From assembly GCF_009914755.1 (NCBI RefSeq), contig NC_060931.1: a stretch of DNA of 64,000 bases; one strand, given 5' to 3'. The translations under genes were made by a program, and so were the position numbers. Below, piece after piece: positions 1 to 14,011 of the stretch. Source of the DNA: the human T2T-CHM13v2.0 reference genome, Homo sapiens. The notes under the pieces were generated by a model. It saw nothing but the letters and a program-made list of their open reading frames with translations, was not told the origin of the DNA and did no database searches. Position 1 is the first letter of the stretch. Every line of letters begins with the position of its first letter.

Positions 1-2008
1 GGAAGTACTGAGAGAGACAAGATTTAGCTATATCATGTAAATCCAAGCATGAGTATTTTATATCGTGTTTGGACCCAAGTACTCAATAATTGATTATGAA
101 AATTATATAAATTCTAGCACTAAAACTCAAGAGGTTAGTAATTAAAAAACAAAAGAGCTTTTTTGTTTTAGCATTTCAGGCTCATGCTCATCATGCGTGA
201 CATCTCACACAGAACAACTGAATCTAGTAATTACAAAAAGAATAAAACTAAAACAGCTTATTGGAGCTGATTGGGCTGATTTTTTTTTCAATTTGTATAC
301 TTTACACAATATATGTTCTATTAAATTATTCTAAAATAGGCTGTGGGGGTTTTTCCCCCCAGGATAACATGAAACAACTAAATCACCAGATTTTTTTTTA
401 ATTCCAAATGACACCAGTGTTGCAAAGTCAGACCTTTTGAAAAGGACTTAACAGAGGGCCACGAGACATGATAGGTGCTTAGGGTGCGATTTTAATACCA
501 ACAGACTGGAAAACAAACAGCATAACCCAGACAAGATGTGACATTGTTCTTTAGCATCCATGTGAAGAGGAAGTAAGATCTTTCTGGGATGTGCTTCCCA
601 GTCACAGGTGTGGAAGAGAAATATGTTGCATTCTTGATTTACTGCACTGTGTGGGAGATTCTGGTTTGGGGTAAGGAAAGGGAGCATTTCATTGCTTCTT
701 ACAGTAAAACTTCAGCTCACTTAACTCAGCTGGTGCTTTTGTTTCAGTCTGCCACAAATGAACAGTAAAAAAACATGAAGCATCCCTTAATCCTGTGAGC
801 CTGGGGTGTGCTGGCTCCTCTCACTGCATTCTCCAGCTCTGTTGCCAATGGAAGTGAGAGATTGACCCCAGGCCTGCAACCACTGTTCTTTGCTCTGCCA
901 CTAAACCACTGAGCTGTTGACACTTTAATTGTTTTATACCAGGAGGAAACCAATTGTGTTGATGTGAATGTCTTATTCATCAAACATTACAGCCTTCACA
1001 TTTTTAATGAGCTGACACTCCTAGTCCAATACATGCAACCACAGTGAATCAAGACAAGAGTATAGTAACAAAGTTTTCTAAATTATTGCAGTTGCTCTTT
1101 AAAAGATTTGATAGTATTTCGGAACTCCCAATGCTACAATTAGAAAGTCTGTCTGAGTTGTGTATTAATCGAACATGTTCGAGTTATAAAGGATGGCAGT
1201 GTAGTAAAGGTAGGAGTTAATAATGTATATTTTTTCCTTTTCCTTTTACATGCATAGACAAAAATAGAGACATGAGTGAACAAACTATTTATAAAGTACC
1301 TAAGGCGGCATCTTTCTGATGTATGAAAATGTCCAAATTATCCCCATGGGCTGTGTTTTGAAAACTGCAATACTTGGGAAGAAGCTTAGTTTCTATGTCA
1401 TCATTTGTCCAGAACATTGAATATTTCTCATGGGTGGAATAAAACATTTCAATACTAAATGTTACAAACCTGGTATTTTGTGAGCAGTTGCAGCAGTCAT
1501 TTGAAGAACCAGCTGCATTATCTGATTTGATGGCATCCTAAAGAAGACAATTATTTACCCACAGACTTTACAGTGGCAGCTCAAGACTTCATGTATATGA
1601 AAACTGTATGACTGCCCTTGGGTTGGAACCTGGGACTCTCCACCCAAAGCCTCCAACACCTCCTCTCTGCATATAGAAGAAAGCCCAGACCCCTAAGCAG
1701 GACATTTCAGGCCGTTTACTCCACCACCCTCACCTACCTTTCAGCTTTTCCTGTGTCTCTATCTGCATCTGTATCCTAACAGGCAAACATGTGTCTGTCC
1801 CATTGGCCAGTCTGTGTTTCCCAGAGTCCTTGCCTGTGCAAGAATGCCCTTCTTTCTCCCTTTCTAGACATTAAATTGTTACGTACTTTTCAGTTATTCC
1901 TCACTGCAGTGGCACCTCTAGGATAGCACTTGTATTTTCCATGTTGACTTATAGTTAGCTGTTGTCCTAGCCACCTCCCCTTCCCAATCTTGAGCTCCTT
2001 AAAGACAG

Positions 2009-2218
2009 CAGTGGCATGTTGGTAAATATTTAACAGTTGGCTCTCCAGAAAGAGAGTAGAATAGTCCTGATTGGTCACGTTTGTCTATATCCTGTCGTGT
2101 AGATACTCCCATGATGGGTGATTTCAAGAGTGGCTGTGTTTAACAACTGGCAAAATTCCTGAAAAGTTTCACATTCACATCTCTTGAGGCAGGTCAAGCC
2201 AGTTCCAGAACACCACTG
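2009..2218 (-). mobile_element. MER63-like hAT-Blackjack DNA transposon
   Basis: Terminal inverted repeats cagtggcatgttgg ... ccagaacaccactg; interior resembles MER63. Confidence 0.65.
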
Positions 2219-2943
2219 GAATCCATTTTTAATAGTCCATGTAGTACTCTCCTCTTTCACCCTAAACACTCTTCTTTGCTTAAAAATAGATGTTCAGCAA
2301 ATGTTTCCTGAATTGATTTAGGCAAATCAATTGATGCTGTTGCTCCTTCACCACTGATCTTATAGCAGGGGTTATTTCTGGCAGTGATTCAGGCAACACT
2401 TGTACTTCTTCTCATTTCAGAGTGGTGGCCTTAGCCATCTCCTCCATGCCACACTGCACAGGCATGGGTGAATTTAAGTAGATGGATTTTTTCTGAATTG
2501 TGGTGGGGAACAAGTTGATGGTCTTAAGTTCAACAACCTCATTAGAGCAGAATGTGATTGACTGTGACTTCAACAAAAAACAGAGAAGAAAGCCTAAATC
2601 ACAGAGTCAAGACTGTGTCTCTTCCAAGGAGATAAGTGGAAAAAAGTGGAAGATCCCTGGACAGTCTGGAGAGGTGAGAAGAGAGAAGGCTGCTGGCTCA
2701 GTTCCCATTTTATTTTCACCTTTTACCATTCTCAGTGTCTCAGATTTGTAAAACTTTTGTGACTCACACTTTCAGATAGGAGTGTCACTGTACTTTTCAT
2801 TTTAGTTCGTGTAATAAAGTGCCAAACCTTGTTACCTCTGTTTTTATAATAAACTTGGAAGTCACTACTGTGCATATTAATCCTGTTGTTCCTTTGGTGA
2901 CCAGCTTGTTCCATTTTGCACTGCCCCCACCACCCACATTTTA

Positions 2944-3288
<345 letters not shown>

Positions 3289-6200
3289 TCAGTTCAGAGA
3301 CAGCTGGTCACCCTAGTTCCTGTAAAGGTTGTGGGTTCTATCATGACTGCTCTGGTATTTAAATCTGCAATGTACCTCCTATTGCAGATATTTCAGAAGA
3401 CACTGAATCATGACTAAAAGGATTAGAACTTCTTAAAAATTTGAGTTCACAAAATCTATTATCTTCCAAACAGAACCTTTCTTCAAAGGTCCTATCTTTC
3501 AGGCACTTTTATTAAGTGGAAGAATACATGGGAAAGTACTTTGGATAGGAGAAAATTCCACATGAGCACAAAATGCTGGTATTTATTTCTCATAATGGTA
3601 CACATTCCGTTAATTATGTCTTTGACAGCTCCTCTTGGATTCTATAGAAATATAGCAACATGCTATGGTGGGATAACTAGTATCAAAATACTTTAACCAA
3701 TTATAATTTTGCATGGAGTGCGTGTTGGAGGGCTTTACATGTAGTACACAGAGCTTCGCTTCCACGGATGAATTCAGTGATTTGTCCTTGGTCGATCAGT
3801 TGTTCGTTGGCACTGTTGTGAAGCAGCTTCGTGTTGTGAAGCAGGTACATGGGAGGGAGTTGGCAGGGGGCTTAGCGAGCTGTCTAGCACCCGCCACCCT
3901 TAGCTTGGAGTTGTTGGACCCTCATCACTGTCTGCAGACATTTCCTGGTGGAAACGATGTGCTATAGTGGTATGCACAATGTGTCACTTCATGTCACTGT
4001 CAGGATGTGTCCTCACAAGAATAGATATTTCTGCTGTAATATGACATCTGTGTTCCCACCTGTGTTCAGCAGAATACTACAGTAAAAGTTGCAGGGCTTT
4101 TGTGGTGGGGGGGAAATAAGGTAAAGGGTAGTCCACTTCAAATATATTGAACTTGATAAGCGCAGCACTCAGAAAAGCAGTAAAAATTAAAATGCTAGCA
4201 GAGTTTACAGGTGAAATAAACTTGATGTAAGGGTTGAGGCTGCCCAATTTTGGATGCAAGGGCAAAATGCTCAAGGATCCAGGAAGATTGTACAATAAAC
4301 AGTTAATTCCAAGACAGAACATGTAACCAAACCAAACGAAAAGAAAGCATGTGGGATGCAGTACTACAGGCCTCTTGGGCTTGCATGCACTGTATTTATG
4401 TATCTTGCTCATGGCTGCTGTTACTTGGTGACTCAAAATAACATTGGAAAGAAATCTCCCATGAACCAACATGACTTCTGGTTCATGCTGACATCATTCT
4501 GTATTAAGCAAAATTATATGTGATCTGATTTATGCTACAGAAATGAATATTTTGTTTTGCATGTTTCCGCTAAATAAGATGGTTCACAAAACAGGTTCAA
4601 AGTCGTAGGTGACTGTATGTTTGGAATTCGAAACCCTAAGCATGAAAAACTGCTGCAATACATTGGATAATAATACCAGACAAGTTTTAATTTGGAAAAA
4701 AGAAATCCACCCAAAGTAGAGTCACATCTCCTCTAAAATCTTTTAATTAAAATCAGACATGAACCCTTGTGTTTCTCTATTAAATACTTGGTTTTTAGTT
4801 GTTTTATGAGATTTGTGTATATGCATTTTAAGTTGAGAAAAAATGCACACTCTGGGGAGTGACTTTGTATTTGGTTTGTTTAAATATAGTTTAGTAGGAC
4901 TGTAATATATAAGGAGGGTTAAGGGTCAGAATCCTATTTAATTAACTTATAAACACTTGGGAGTCAGTCACTTGTAAAGGTATGCTGAGCAAATAAGGCT
5001 TCAAATAACATGAAATCTTTGAAAAGAATATGCCACCTTTGGTGAAGGCTTTTCTATTAACCTTGTCATTAAAACTGTTTCAATGAACTACTTCAAACCT
5101 CCCAGTTTTTATTTATCTTTATGATATGTTTAATCTTTTTTAAAAATGATATATGTATACAATATTATATGTTTTTTTATTAAAAAAAAAGATTAAACAT
5201 GCCTTGGTGTATCTAAGAAGACCTAAATCAGTACTTTTCCCTATGTTTGTTTTCCCATTGGCTGAGACAGGAAGAAATCCCAGAATTGCCATCCTTTTTG
5301 TCCATGTGTATCTAAAATATGACCAGTGTTTTCCATTTGCATAAATCTGATTTAATAAACAGTCACACCATTAAAATAGAACATTCTTTTCAATCAAGGC
5401 TAATTACACATCATATAATGCCTGGTCTTTAATGAGGATTTCAATAAATGTTTGTTGATAATGGTGATTATTAAAATGATATGTTAAGTCAGTCTTCTCA
5501 TGTGAGAAATGCTTTGTTTTGAAATGTTAGACTTACAGCTTTGCCTAAAATTTTTTAATTAAAATCACCACTTTGGCATGAAGCTTAAAATGTGCAAAGT
5601 TGCTGCAATTAGTGCATTGTGCATCCATATGGATGTTACCAAACAGCTTTCAACTTAAAGGATTTGGGCTATTTTGAATGATGGGCCTTCTGTTAAGCTT
5701 AAAACAAAGCCTGACTATCTCTGCATTCATTTTAATTAATATTCTCTTGCTGGTCTCAAAGATGTGTTCTCTTCTAGGGGGAAGAAGCATGATTATCATA
5801 AATCAGAAATAAGTTACAGAAGTAGGTTTGACTAATTTTCTACTTCCTTCTGTTTCATACCATTTCCTCCAACTCCTACCCCCTTCTCAAGGAGCCTCAA
5901 TGCAGTGTCAGAGAAACTGGAAAACACTGATTTCAGATATTCTAAAAGAAAACCTGTATTTCTAGCCAAATTATAACACATTAAATTCACTCAAAGAATA
6001 AGGAAATTAAGCTGTCCCAGATTTTCTGAATTCAGTATGAAGTTTAAAACTTACCACTTTGAATCCAGCATCCATATAAAATCTACAGTATAAAATTTGA
6101 CTATGTGTTATATATACAAATATGTGTGTGTATACATGTATTTGATATTTTTACTTTAGAGAGATTTGTGTTTGCCTAGGTGCTTAGGGTTTAACAACCT

Positions 6201-9177
6201 TATGTGTGAACTTAATTCTCTATAATAGGAAATGCTTCTTGAAGATGAATTAGGTAAAACAATTTGTTTGTTTTTCTTGGTATTTTAAGCAAAACCAAAC
6301 TCAAAGTGGCACCGTCTTGTAAGTTTGTTTTTTTCTTTTTCCGGGACATTGTTCATGTGAAACCTTCTTGACATGGTACTTGGGGAAGGGAATCTCTCTG
6401 GACTTTGTTCTCGACAAAATCAGAATAAATTCTTTAAACAGTTACGCGCTTTAGTTAAGGCCCTGGTTTTCTGACTGTGTTCAAACATCTCCCCTACAAC
6501 CACTCTCCATATACCTTCAGAAGGATATCTACTCCAGTGGTCACTGGGATCCTCTGACTGTCTGGGTGCCCAAGTAAGGCCCATTTTGAATGCTAGTTTA
6601 AAAGGCATACAGCTAAAATGATTTTTTTTATTTTCATTAAACTCTTAAGAATAGGCTAAATGTGAAAAATTACAAAGCAGAATTGTAATTTACCAGAACA
6701 TGTGGGTAGAATAATTCATCCAACATGTGACTGGACAGGCACAAAATCAGTAAGTCCAGTATAGAACACCACCATGGTCCTGTTTTTCTCTTTCATTCTA
6801 GCATTATGGAAACTCATTATACATCCACTAAATTTGGCACAAAGATATCCTAATTTTTTCATTATTACCTGGATTATTTATTTTTATTTCCTTTTTGAAA
6901 GCATGTAATTAATTGCGTGCCTATCTTTAAATGCCTCCTTATGTATCAATATTTTGAATTCTACATTTGAGAAGGAGGTTGGAAGTAGTTTTATTCTAAA
7001 GCTAATACATAAAGCTAAATTTGATCAAATTATAATTATTTTTTTCTTGAAGAGAAACTAAACGTATTATAGCTTTATACTGTCTTTACTGTTATGAGGT
7101 AGCTTTCTTTCTGTCAAATGTTAGTATTTTTTTCTTCTCTGTTAGGCATATTTACAAAGAAGTCTCCTAAATAGAAATGAGCGGATTACCTCACAGCTTC
7201 ACATACATCCTGGAGAATATCCTGTTCACAATTTAGGCGATGAAAGGAAAACCTACAGTTGTTTTAATTTGGAACCAAAATAATCACTTCTCTCCAGTGA
7301 GGCTTAGAGGGGGAAAAAATGTGCCAGAGTTGTCTTGTAGAAAAAAGAGTACTTTGAGGAAGGGCAATGCAGCAGGAAAAAAAAAAAACAACAAAACACA
7401 GTCAAACAAACGGAGAACCTTAGAGTGCATAAATAGGCCAGTGAAACACAGACCACCTGATCACATCGAAGCACACTGAGTGGGGGTCCTCAGCGATGTT
7501 GTCCCTCCGGCATGTAAACTGCATGCATGTGTGTAGTGGTGTGTGTGTGTATGTACACACAGAGATTTAACAGGAGCACAGAGGGAATTAGAAAGAGCCT
7601 GGCTCGTTTTTAATTTGGGTCTGTTTGCTTGCATTTAGCACTTAAGGGCTTCTACATTCAGTTTGCTCAAAAGAGTGATGAAGCACTCCTTGCTTATGCC
7701 TCAAATCAGAAATGCATGAAGTGCAGCTGCAGAGATAATACATTTTCCCCAAAGGCTTTGGCTGAGCAAATTAGGTGTCAATGGGGTGCCTGCGCAGGCA
7801 GTACTCTCTCTAATTAGTCTCTTGAGCCTAGTTGGTGGCGGGTATGAGATGATCTAATCAATTGGTCTGTGTCTGATGGTTCGTGTAAAAATCCTACCAG
7901 GCAGACTCTCTCCCACAGGTCACCCACCTGCACAGCGGGACTGCTCATTTTCATTTTTCATCTCCTCCATCACATGATGCTGACAGTTGGTTTTAAGAAA
8001 ATTGAATCCAAAAAATATCTAGTTCATAGGGCACATGGGTCAGAACAAAGTTGCATTATGGGTACGGGCGATCCAATTAATTAATATTTATAGCCAAGAA
8101 GCTCTATGTAGATATTTCTGAATAAGGATTTTATCAATCAAATCCAATTTCTTGTTTAAAACATTCATTTCTAGAGAGAAAGAACATTGTAAAAGCTGAA
8201 AGCAAGATAAAAATGGCATCCACTAATCTTATGATTTATATACCTATGAGTGGCTATGCACATAGTTGAGCTTATAATTCATGTACACTGTTCATTTGTG
8301 TTGTGCATGCAACATGTTTTAATAATAAAGGTAAGGGAAAGAATTACATTGATATTATATTTCACTTCCCTGTGATTGTAGTATACCCTCTCTCCTTCCA
8401 CCTAAATCCCCATTCATCAAATGCATGATTGCATTTAGATTTTCTTAAAAATTTTCCAGCAAATCTGACCTACCTTATATGCACTTATTGAAAATTGAAG
8501 CTGATGCTGCTCAAGGAGGGAGAAGGGACATCCCGTGCTGCTGGCTAACAGCACCAGGCAGGGTAGCTGGCACAATTTGGGCCATTCGGAGTCATCTCAC
8601 AGAGATGGGAAAGAGTCTGCCTCTCATTGGCGCCTCTCTTCTGTTCTCATTATTGGCTTCTTCCATTAAATGTCTAAGCCCAAACCTAATCACTGTGTTC
8701 ACTGTTTATTATCCAATTACTATTATTACATATTATCCTTTATTATGCAATTCTGTTTGTGCCCTAGGTTAGGTACATGTGATTCTCCTAGAGATTACAC
8801 TCAAAGAATCAGGACAAGGCAAGAACAAACATCATCGATGTCTAAAAAACATCTTAACCCAACAGGATAGTGAATATGCCATTGACTGTGGTGACAACAT
8901 AGTTTATTGTTACGTGAAATTAGATGTACTGGAAATCAAATCATTCCTTTCAAATATAATGTCATGGAGTTAAAAAAAAAATGTAAGTTTTGCCTACAGG
9001 AAGGTGTTAATCCTACCAACCATAACCTCAGGCTGGTGGTGTATCTGTGAATGGCCTGCAGTGTGTGCAGTACTGTGCCATTTCACAGGCATCACATTTG
9101 CCTTCAGTGAATGTGCCATAGGGAACTCTACATATGAGAACATATTTCACCACCAAGTCTTCTGATTCTACAATTTC

Positions 9178-9260
9178 CCCTTTATTCATTCAACAACTGT
9201 ATATTGAGTGCCTGAGCCGGGCCTGGGCTGTGCTCTGGGGACACAGCAGTCTACAAAATC
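9178..9260 (-). mobile_element. L2 3'-end fragment
   Basis: ttattcattcaacaa...attgagtgcc...ctggggacacagcagt motif. Confidence 0.55.
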
Positions 9261-10091
9261 AAGCTTAATCAAGAACATACTGATGCCACCTGTCCCCTGA
9301 CTTGCTCCTTCACAGGAAGTGTCTTCACACCTCTGGAGGGACTAAATGAAGTCTCTGGTTCAGGAAGTCATTGTGGGTACCAGGTCTCCATTCTGTTGAT
9401 TAAAATGGTAAAAGAGGAGAGAGCCAGGAAAGACTACATCATTTGGATATAGTTGTAGGAACTTCATGCCTGGGCAAGCAGATATCAGGACAGACCTAAA
9501 GCTCCCATTTAGCTGGAGTGGGCAGGCTTCCAGGAAGAGCTGGAATCTCAACTGCTGTTTAAAGTACATGGAAGAAAAAGGACAGTTTTGTCATCTGCTT
9601 AATAAAAATGTGAAGGCTGATAGTGGGGTTGAGGATTGGCTGAGGATGCCTGTGGACAAATGTGCTTGAAGTACTATGAGGATGAGTGCTTTCTCTTCTT
9701 GATGTCATGGTCCTCAGAAAGATGCCAGTGCCTAGATCAGAATGCATAGTTACATGGAGCAGCATGTAGAGCACGTTCTTCATTTCCCTGAAAGAACAAG
9801 GGTAGGCTGGGGACAAAGGAGTTTGTTCCCATGTAATTATTTTTGCTAGGGTGGTGACTTCTTTAAGAAGAGGTTTGATAAAGGTATATCTGCACAATCA
9901 AGCAAGGATGAGGAGTGGTCAAGTGAGCCTTATGGAGAACTGCCCACAAGCAGCAAGGATTTGAGATAATAACTGTTGGGATGTAGAGGTAGCAAAGGGC
10001 CTATGTGTGGTATCCATTTACCCCCAGGCCTCTCCTGGAAACTTAAGGCTTTTGTTTTTGAGGACAGAGAACTCTCAAGAATAGAAGGTTA

Positions 10092-11557
10092 CCCCTACCT
10101 CATACCATATACAAAACTTCACTCAAAATGGACCAAAGATCTAAATGCAAGGGCTAAAACTATAAGACTCTTAGAAGAAAATATAGGGGTAAATCTTCAT
10201 AACCTTAGATTTCACAATGGATTTTTAGATATAACACCAAAAATATAAGCAACAAAAGAAAAAAAAGATAAATTGCACTTTGCCAAAATTAAAAACTTTT
10301 GTACATCAAAGGACACAGTTAACAGAGTGAAAAGGCAACCTATGGAATTGGAGAAAAATCATACTATAAGGGATTAACCAGAATGTGTAAAGAACTCCTA
10401 CAACTCAACAACGAAAAGACAACCCAATTTAAAAATGATCAAAGGACTTGAATAGACATTTCTCCAAAGAAGATATTCATATGGCCAACAGCCACATGAA
10501 AGAGTCCCCAACAGCTTGGGCATGGTGGCTCATGCCTGTAATCTCAGCACTTTGGGAGGCCAAGGCAGGCAGATGGCTTGAGCCCAGGAGTTCAAGACCA
10601 GCCTGGACAACATGGTGAACCCCTGTCTCTACAAATATAAAAAATTAGCCAGGCATGGTGATGTGTGCCTGTAGTCCCAGCTACTTGGGAGGCTGTGGTG
10701 GGAGGATCAGCTGAGCCCAGGAAGGTCAAGGCTGCAGTGAGCTAGGATTACATCACTGCACTCCAGCTTGGGTGGCAGAGCAAGACCCAGTCAAAAAAAA
10801 AAAAAAGATGCCCAACATCATCGATCATTAGGGAAATGCAAGTGCAAATCAGTTCATACCCACTAGGATGGCTATAATTTTTTTTAAACAAACAAATGTT
10901 TTGGCAAAATTGGAACCCTTGTGCATTCCTGGTGGAAATGTGAAATGGTACAGCCATGATGGAAAACAGTTTGGCAGTTCCTCAAAAAGTTAAACATATA
11001 ATTTCCATATGACCTAGCAATTCCACTTCTAGATATATACCCAAAAGAATGGAAAACAGTGTTTAAACAAATACTTATACATGAATATTCAGAGCAGCAC
11101 TATTCACTATTAGCCAAAAGATGAAACAACACAAATATAAATCAACCAATGAATGGATAAACAAACTGTGGTATATTCATACAATAGAATATTATTCAAC
11201 CCTAAAAAATAATGAAGTACTGATTCATGCTACAACATGGATGAACTTCAAAAACATCATGCTAAGTGAAAAAAGCTAGACAAAATGGGTAGCATATTAT
11301 ATGATTCCATTTGTATATCTAGAACAGGTAAATCCATAGAGACAGAAACATTAGTATTAATAGTTGTCAGGGGCTGGGACAAGGAGAGAATGGGAGTGAC
11401 TGCTTAAAGGATATAGGATCTCCTTTGGGGGTGATGAAGATGTTTTGGAACTAAATAGAGATGATAGTTGCACAGCATTGTGAATGCACTAAATGCCACT
11501 AAATTATATTCTTTTAAATGATTAATTTTTTATATAAATTTTGCTTCAATTTTTAAA
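10092..11557 (+). mobile_element. L1MB-like 3' fragment (ORF2 end and 3'UTR), interrupted by an Alu
   Basis: ORF2 remnant PYLIPYTKLHSKWTKDLN...; L1MB-type 3'UTR; degenerate TSD aagaatagaaggtta / aagaatggaaagtta. Confidence 0.85.
10514..10806 (+). mobile_element. AluJ-like element inside the L1MB
   Basis: AluJ diagnostics (gagcccaggag, gaggatca); degenerate TSD aaaga..cccaaca. Confidence 0.95.
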
Positions 11558-11597
11558 AAGAATGGAAAGTTAACTTGCCAGAAACTCACCATAGTAA

Positions 11598-11940
<343 letters not shown>

Positions 11941-12984
11941 ACTATTTTAATGGTTCCTGAGCATAGGAGTGGAATTTCTGCTATCTGGACAAGGTATTGC
12001 TGGGTTGCTGCTATGCAGGGGTGATGTCCTTGATGCCACAGCCTGTGTGTGCAGCAGCAGGACAGGTGCACTGTGAAGTCTCAAAAAAAGGACAAAACCT
12101 TTGGGATCAGGCACCATCCAGGGTTCCCCCTGCATCTGGGAAGATGACTCTATGGCCCTGTAGCTGGAGACATGAAGGCCTCACCAGGCCTTAGTGACCA
12201 GCAGCTTCTAAACTTAGCTAAGGAACTGGTTCTGGGATTCAGTGCAGCTAATGAACCGATCCCTCAGCTATGTGCCTTGAACCTGGGAGTGTTTCCACCC
12301 ATCCTGGCAAGGCATTCTTTTCCCATCCTGGAGACTCAATGAAAATGCTTAAGGGCCAAAAGGAAGTACGGAAAGGGGCAGAGTGAAGCTTCCTTCTTTT
12401 TGCTTGAACCATTCACCCACAAGTTGTTATTGTTTTAAGCAGGCATTATTGGAAACACGCAGTCCTATACAGGATGTTGGGAAGAGGCTGCCAATTCAGG
12501 TCACACTGGCCAATTTTCATTCTGCTGGAACTGAAATAATGATAATAGGCAACCAAGGAATTATATACAGCTGAATTTTTTTAAAAGCGTGTTTGTGATC
12601 CGTTTTTCTATTTCATGTTCATAAAAATGAACATAATGATACGTCCTTTTAATGGTCTGTATGATGCTACAGGCACTTAATTAAGACCAGTATTGCTACT
12701 AATGATTTAGGGAAGGAAATTTGCTGAATTTCTTTTTCTCTAAATATCCAAGAGGAAGATAGACCAATTCAGTTGGTGGAGTTAAATGATTTTAAGAGAG
12801 GAAAGTGTAGTCAGAACATTTGTTTATCATATTAGAAGGATTTTTTTTTGGTTAAGGAGGCTATTCTGCTTCATATTTATGTGTTTGGAGTGGCTGTGGG
12901 GAACATCAGTGGACTCACTTTGGACTGACCAATTTTGATGTTTCATGTAATTTAGAAGAAATGAATGGTGTAGATTTTTTATAT

Positions 12985-13012
12985 AACAATTTTCTATTTT
13001 CCTCCTTCCAGG
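12985..13012 (+). promoter_or_regulatory. 3' splice acceptor of the terminal exon
   Basis: ttttctattttcctccttccAG|G: long pyrimidine tract followed by CAG. Confidence 0.85.
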
Positions 13013-14011
13013 ATTAAGTTGTCATCATTCTGGGAAGAAAAAAAAAACATTAATGAAGAGGCCAATAATATGAAGGGAATCATGGATCAGTTTTCTTTCG
13101 CTCCCTGTGGTGGATTTCACTTACAAGAAAATTGAAGCTGGCAAGACCCTGTTTTCTCTGCAATTTATTTAAAACCTTGCACGCATTTGGATACCTTGTG
13201 ATTTCCAAGAACTACGTGAAGATTAAGCTTTGCTTACTGATACATGGCATGTATTCTTTTCAGTCTTTTGTGTTTGATTTTGTTTGATTTCCCTCTGCAG
13301 CACAGCGTCTCTGTAAAGGTTTTTATGCTTTCACCAGCCATGTCTTAAATACATTAAGACAACACATTTGGTGTTCACACTTCTTCAGTAATGTCTGAAC
13401 TTGAAAGCCACAGAGTGGCATAAAACAATGTGTGTTTTCTTTGAGAGCAGTGCACATTTTGCAACCACTAGGAAGGAAATTTTCTGCTAAAGCAAACCCC
13501 TGTTCTCTGACTTGACAACTTGGCCCCGGACTGTGGGGCCCCACCTGTTGCTTACCTTTTGAGGTAATTTTGCAAATGTGGTTTTTTTACTTGGAAATAA
13601 CTGCACATTTATATATAGGATATTGGACTCTGCTTAGCATTTTCAAGCCACATAGCATGACTGTTTTTTGAATAGGTTGGAATTGAAAAAACAATTATCA
13701 AACGTTAAGAACAAAGACAGGGATAAATTGCTTACATTTCAACCTCTAGAGATTGAGGTAACTTTTTGTGTCTGGGTCTTGTCAACATCTAATTTTTTTC
13801 CATCCATTCTGTTACACTTTGTATTTTCTAACTGGAGAAAAGAGTGAGGAACAGAATGTTTTAAATCTGGTGCAAAAGAACTATATCTGCTGGATGAGCC
13901 TTGAAAGCAGTCTTGGCCTGTTAGGGCTTACAAAGTAAATTACAAAGTGATCCAGTTCAAAGTTTGCTTAGTTACAACAAAGCACCTTTAAAAAAAATAC
14001 ATTTTAAAAAA

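Noticed and set aside
4077-4472. 131-aa minus-strand ORF in unique sequence
   Set aside because: No recognisable domain; composition typical of chance ORFs in AT-rich DNA; antisense to the host intron with no splice or promoter support.
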